This document shows, piece by piece, positions 60,231-64,000 of a DNA stretch of 64,000 nt (position 1 is the stretch's first letter; each line of letters begins with the position of its first letter). The stretch covers positions 448,001 through 512,000 of the forward strand of contig CAWKNZ010000002.1 in the NCBI GenBank assembly GCA_963851265.1. The letters run 5' to 3'. The notes under the pieces were generated by a model that was given only the letters and a program-made list of their open reading frames with translations, ran no database searches and was not told the DNA's origin. The translations under genes were made by a program, and so were the position numbers. The stretch comes from an uncultured Gemmatimonadales bacterium (lineage in GTDB: Bacteria; Gemmatimonadota; Gemmatimonadetes; Gemmatimonadales; Gemmatimonadaceae).

Positions 60231-62272
60231 GCGGGCGATCGCGCGCCGACCCCCGCGTCCGCCGCGCCGACCTCCGCCGCGCGGACCGCGCCGTCGCGGA
60301 GGATGCTCCGCCGGATGAAGTGCGGCCGTCGCTTCACCTCGTCGAAGATCTTCGCGACGTACTCGCCGAGCACGCCGATGCCTAACAACGTGAGCGATCC
60401 GAAAAACAGGATGAGCAGGATCGTCGTCGTCACGCCGCGCGGCGCCAGGGTCGGGAACGCGAGCCGCAGCACCGTCTGCACCACCCCCACCCCCACGCTC
60501 GCGATGAACACCACCACGCCCATGAAGCTGAGAAAGTTCAGCGGCGCGTTACTGAACGACAGAATTCCCTTCTTCGCCCACCCGACGTTCTTCATCAGGC
60601 TGTTGGTCGTCACGCCGAACTGCCGCTCCGGGCGTACGTAGTCCACGCCCGTCTGGCGGAATCCCGCGAACGCGCGCACGCCGCGCACGAACAGGTCGCG
60701 CTCGGGGAATTGCAGCAGCGCGCGCACCACGCGGCGGTCCATGAGCGAGAAGTCGCCCGCGTCGTGCGGGATCTTGATGTAGCTGAAGCGGTCGAACAGG
60801 CGGTAGAACGCCTTGTACGCCAGCTGCATGTGCCACGGCGCTTCCCGCTTCACCCGCCGCCCGTACACCACGTCGAACCCCTCGCGCCAGCGCGCGACGA
60901 ACTCCGCGATCAGCTCCGGCGGATCCTGCAGGTCGCCGTCCAGCAGCACGACGGAGTTCTTGCTCGCGATCTCCATCCCGCTCCGGAACGCACTCTGCGA
61001 GCCGAAGTTGCGCGAATGCGAGATCCCGATCACGCGCTTGTCGTCGGCGCTGAGCGCGCGGATGGTTTCCTCGCTGTCGTCCGGACTACAATCGTTGACG
61101 AAAATGATCTCGTAGTCCACCTGCAGCGCGGTGAACGTGTCGCGCAGCCGCCGGTACATGATCGGGATCGCCTGCCCGTCCTTGTAGCACGCGATCACGG
61201 CGCTCACACTGTGCTTCGTGTCGAGCCCGAACCGCTTGCTCGACCGATGGTACGCCTCGCGGTCCCCGATCGCGCGGTACCACGCCGTCGTGCGGGCGAG
61301 CCCGTCGCGCAACGACGTGCGCGGGCGCCACCCGATGCGCTCCCGCACCTTCGACACGTCGGCGTACCAGTCCGCCACGTCCCACCGCCGGCTCGGCATC
61401 GAAAAGCTCGGCTCCGCGCCGAGGTCGTACAGCTCGCGGGCCGCCTCCGCCACGTCGCCGATCGTCGTCTTCCGCCCCGTACCGATGTTGAAGCTCTCGC
61501 CGTAGTCCTCCTCGCGCAGCCGGAGCGCGACGTCGACGAACGCCTCGACCACGTCGTCGATGTAGACGAAATCGCGCGAGATCGCGGGGTCCACGAGCGG
61601 CGGGTAGCGCCCCTCCACCCCCATCGCGACCACCTGCGGGATCAGCCGCGACGCGTCCTCCAGCGGTCCGAACACCGAGTACAGCCGGAGGTTGGCGCAC
61701 GGCAGCCGCTTGCGTTTCCCGAAGAAGTGGATGAGCCCCGCGCTCGCCGCCTTCGCTACCGCGTACTCGCTGTTCGGCGCGAGCGACGCGTCCTCGCTCG
61801 GACCACTCGCGTTGTCGCCGTACTCCGACGAACTGCCCGCGTGCACGTACGCCGCCACGCCGCGCGACTCCAACCGCGCGAGAAGGCGTGCCGTGAACAG
61901 GAAGTTCGTCTGGTAGATGAGCTGCGGGTCCGTCTCGAACGAGTACGCCCCGTACGCGATGCAGTCGAAGATCGTGCGCGGCCGCACCTCGTCGAGGAGC
62001 CGGTCGAGGTTCGACTCGACGAGCAGGTCCGCCTGCCGCACGTTCGCCGCCGGCAGCCCGTCCAGCCGCCATGCCGGCAGTCGCGTCGCCGTGGCGTAGA
62101 CGTCCTCACGCTCCGCCAGCAGCGCGCGCGCGAGCACGGCGCCGACGAACCCGCTCCCGCCGAGGACGAGGATCGGGCCTTGCAGCTGTCGGATCTTGCG
62201 CGTGAGGTCGGCGGCGTGCTGCGCCGAACCGTCGTCGCGCGCGGCGGGAGAGACGGGCGTGTCGATCGACAT
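60227..62272 (-). CDS. Fused NAD-dependent epimerase/dehydratase + GT2 (polyprenol-phosphate glycosyltransferase-like)
   Basis: GGSGFVG, GSSSEYG, YAVAK; then VNDCSPD, SRNFG, DGDLQDPPE, GDFSLMDR and two C-terminal TMs. Confidence 0.88.
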   Translation of the reverse strand: MSIDTPVSPAARDDGSAQHAADLTRKIRQLQGPILVLGGSGFVGAVLARALLAEREDVYATATRLPAWRLDGLPAANVRQADLLVESNLDRLLDEVRPRTIFDCIAYGAYSFETDPQLIYQTNFLFTARLLARLESRGVAAYVHAGSSSEYGDNASGPSEDASLAPNSEYAVAKAASAGLIHFFGKRKRLPCANLRLYSVFGPLEDASRLIPQVVAMGVEGRYPPLVDPAISRDFVYIDDVVEAFVDVALRLREEDYGESFNIGTGRKTTIGDVAEAARELYDLGAEPSFSMPSRRWDVADWYADVSKVRERIGWRPRTSLRDGLARTTAWYRAIGDREAYHRSSKRFGLDTKHSVSAVIACYKDGQAIPIMYRRLRDTFTALQVDYEIIFVNDCSPDDSEETIRALSADDKRVIGISHSRNFGSQSAFRSGMEIASKNSVVLLDGDLQDPPELIAEFVARWREGFDVVYGRRVKREAPWHMQLAYKAFYRLFDRFSYIKIPHDAGDFSLMDRRVVRALLQFPERDLFVRGVRAFAGFRQTGVDYVRPERQFGVTTNSLMKNVGWAKKGILSFSNAPLNFLSFMGVVVFIASVGVGVVQTVLRLAFPTLAPRGVTTTILLILFFGSLTLLGIGVLGEYVAKIFDEVKRRPHFIRRSILRDGAVRAAEVGAADAGVGARSPA

Positions 62273-62342
62273 GACGAGAGGATGGGGCGTGGCGCGGGGA
62301 CCCACACCGCGCCAGGATCTTGATGTGTGCGCCGGCCCGCAG

Positions 62343-63242
62343 TTAGGCCGTGATCGCGGCGAGGATCGACTCGGGGTCGAGGCCAGACTCGCGCCGGTGG
62401 AACCGCTGCGAGCCGTACCGCCCCGACACGTACCCCCGCGCGCATCGATGCGTGAACCGGGGCGGAGCCTCACCGTGCATGAGGAGGGCGTGCGCTACGA
62501 GCTCGCCCACGCCGCCTCGCGCGACGTGCTCTTCGACCACCACGAGGTGCCCGCTTCGCCGCAGATCGGCGCGCAGCGCATCGGGCAGGTCGGCGAACGG
62601 CAGCTGCGCGACGACCCACACGGTCGGCCGACGATCCGCGTCCAACGCCTGACACGCAGCGATCAGCGGCGACACGACCGGTCCGACGCCGATCACCGTC
62701 GGCCCGCCTCCGTCCACCACGCGGCGCCACGGCGCGAACGCGGGCAGCGGCACGTCCTTCGGATCCTCCGCCAACCCGAGCCGCAGGTACGCCGGATGGT
62801 CGAACGTCCCGAGGTACCGCACCACGGCCCCGACGTCGGCCGCGAACGCGGGCACGAACACGTGCATGTGCTGCAGGCCGAGCATCGCGCCGTAGTCTTC
62901 GAGCGCATGATGCGTCGCTCCCATCACGCCGTACCCGTAGCCGCCGCCGTTCCCGACGAGACGGGCCGGCAGATCGTGCAGGCACACGCCATTCCGGATC
63001 TGCTCGTACGGGCGCGCGTACATGAACGGCGCAATGCTGTACGCCCAGGGACGCAGCCCGGCCCGCGCCAGCCCGGCGGCAACGGAGACCATGTTCTGCT
63101 CGGCAACTCCGGCGTTGATGAACCGGCGCCCCATCGCGTCGCGGAGCGGTTCGAGCGCGCGGTAGCCGAGATCCCCGGTGAGGAACACCACCGACGGGTC
63201 TTCCGCCGCCTCGATCATCGACTGACAGAACGCGTTACGCAT
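62343..63242 (-). CDS. Transketolase-like, C-terminal (pyrimidine-binding) subunit
   Basis: MRNAF, TGDLG, NAGVAEQNM, RPYEQIR, GATHHALED, VEEH. Confidence 0.9.
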   Translation of the reverse strand: MRNAFCQSMIEAAEDPSVVFLTGDLGYRALEPLRDAMGRRFINAGVAEQNMVSVAAGLARAGLRPWAYSIAPFMYARPYEQIRNGVCLHDLPARLVGNGGGYGYGVMGATHHALEDYGAMLGLQHMHVFVPAFAADVGAVVRYLGTFDHPAYLRLGLAEDPKDVPLPAFAPWRRVVDGGGPTVIGVGPVVSPLIAACQALDADRRPTVWVVAQLPFADLPDALRADLRRSGHLVVVEEHVARGGVGELVAHALLMHGEAPPRFTHRCARGYVSGRYGSQRFHRRESGLDPESILAAITA

Positions 63243-63999
63243 CGGCGCCGATCTCCGCCAGTGCATCGGCGTACTCCGCAGCGGTGAGCGGGCGGTAGTG
63301 CCAGTCCATGCGGTCCTCCATGAACGAGACGCCCGCGCCCTTGTGCGTGCGGGCCACGACCGCGAGCGGGCCGTCGTCGGCGCGCGCCGCGACCGCCTCG
63401 GCGAGCGCCGCGGTATCGTGCCCGTCCACCGACCGCGTCGGCACGCCGAACGCGCGGAACTTGTCCTCCAGCGGGTCGAGGTCGGCCACTTCGCGCGTCG
63501 TGCCGAATCCCTGCAGCCCGTTGACGTCGACGATCAGCGTCAGCGGCAGCCCGTGGTGCCGCGCGAAGATCAGCGACTCCCAGCACGACCCCTCGTTCCA
63601 CTCGCCGTCGGACGTTAGGCACACGACGCGTCCAGCCTCGTCCTTCAGGCGCTTGGCGAGCGCGAGGCCGTTCGCGAGACCGAGGCCGTGGCCGAGGCTC
63701 CCCGTCGCGAACAGCACGTCCGGTATGCCCGAGGTGGGCGGGTGCCCGCTCAGGCGCGTGTCGTCGCGGTGGAACGTCGTGAGGTCGTCGTCGGTGAGGC
63801 GCCCGCGTGTCCAGAGTGCGACGTAGAGCGCGCCCGCCGAGTGCCCCTTCGACAGCACGAATGCGTCGCCGGGTCCGAGCGCGACGTGATAGAGCGTGAG
63901 CAGGATGTCGAGGGCACTCAGGTTGCCGCCGATGTGTCCGGTGCCGGCCTCGTAGTGCATCCGCAGTAGCCGTCGCCGCGCCGTCGCGCGCAGCGATTC
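63235..63999 (-). CDS. Transketolase-like, N-terminal TPP-binding subunit (5'-partial)
   Basis: GHIGGNLS, LSKGH, TGSLGHG, SDGEWNEGS, KGAGVSFME..WH; frame is open to the window edge. Confidence 0.9.
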   Translation of the reverse strand, partial: ESLRATARRRLLRMHYEAGTGHIGGNLSALDILLTLYHVALGPGDAFVLSKGHSAGALYVALWTRGRLTDDDLTTFHRDDTRLSGHPPTSGIPDVLFATGSLGHGLGLANGLALAKRLKDEAGRVVCLTSDGEWNEGSCWESLIFARHHGLPLTLIVDVNGLQGFGTTREVADLDPLEDKFRAFGVPTRSVDGHDTAALAEAVAARADDGPLAVVARTHKGAGVSFMEDRMDWHYRPLTAAEYADALAEIGADA

Positions 64000-64000
64000 A

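Larger units (their letters stand above)
970..63620. repeat. Dispersed iterated motif GCCTAAC(R)/(Y)GTTAGGC, 33 exact 7-mer copies counted by eye
   Basis: GCCTAAC on + at 1902,3473,12678,14334,14541,18716,26141,30033,32845,33163,34904,36945,37455,45822,48446,49561,50904,58310,60380; GTTAGGC on + at 970,6481,13050,22569,28325,30912,38495,38963,40791,43329,51189,56333,62342,63614. Confidence 0.9.

Noticed and set aside
970..63620. TTAGGC as a telomere-like repeat or as CRISPR repeats
   Set aside because: Copies are isolated 7-8-mers inside genes, never tandem or regularly spaced
295..63969. Hundreds of overlapping alternative-frame and antisense ORFs
   Set aside because: Expected from stop-codon scarcity at high GC; R/A/P-rich and without motifs

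Overview
A very GC-rich (roughly 73% by eye) bacterial chromosomal window with about 55 CDS. Gene content suggests Gemmatimonadota (Gemmatirosa/Roseisolibacter-like); this is inference. In order: aspA (partial); a periplasmic binding protein coupled to an MCP; a caa3-type cytochrome c oxidase operon with ctaG; a YkuD-like transpeptidase; an ECF/anti-sigma/periplasmic protein/M14 peptidase cluster; TetR-TolC-EmrA-like with no inner-membrane pump; a cyclophilin; three GT9 glycosyltransferases; nth; a non-canonical PolX-PHP; a decayed vapBC pair; an ECF + PEP-CTERM + Ser/Thr kinase module; a hydrolase/peptidase run; FadL + SGNH lipoprotein; an OPT transporter; Hsp20; a PEP-CTERM protease; and a sugar-nucleotide locus (rmlB-rmlA-gtrA converging on split transketolase, epimerase-GT2 fusion, methyltransferase). 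I saw no rRNA, tRNA, CRISPR array or intact mobile element. The most striking unexplained signal is the non-palindromic, AT-cored motif GCCTAAC(R)/(Y)GTTAGGC. I counted 33 exact copies by eye, on both strands. They lie in three different codon frames and in five stop codons, which suggests selection at the DNA level (DUS/HIP1-like). Start codons were chosen by eye from the ORF track and are approximate.
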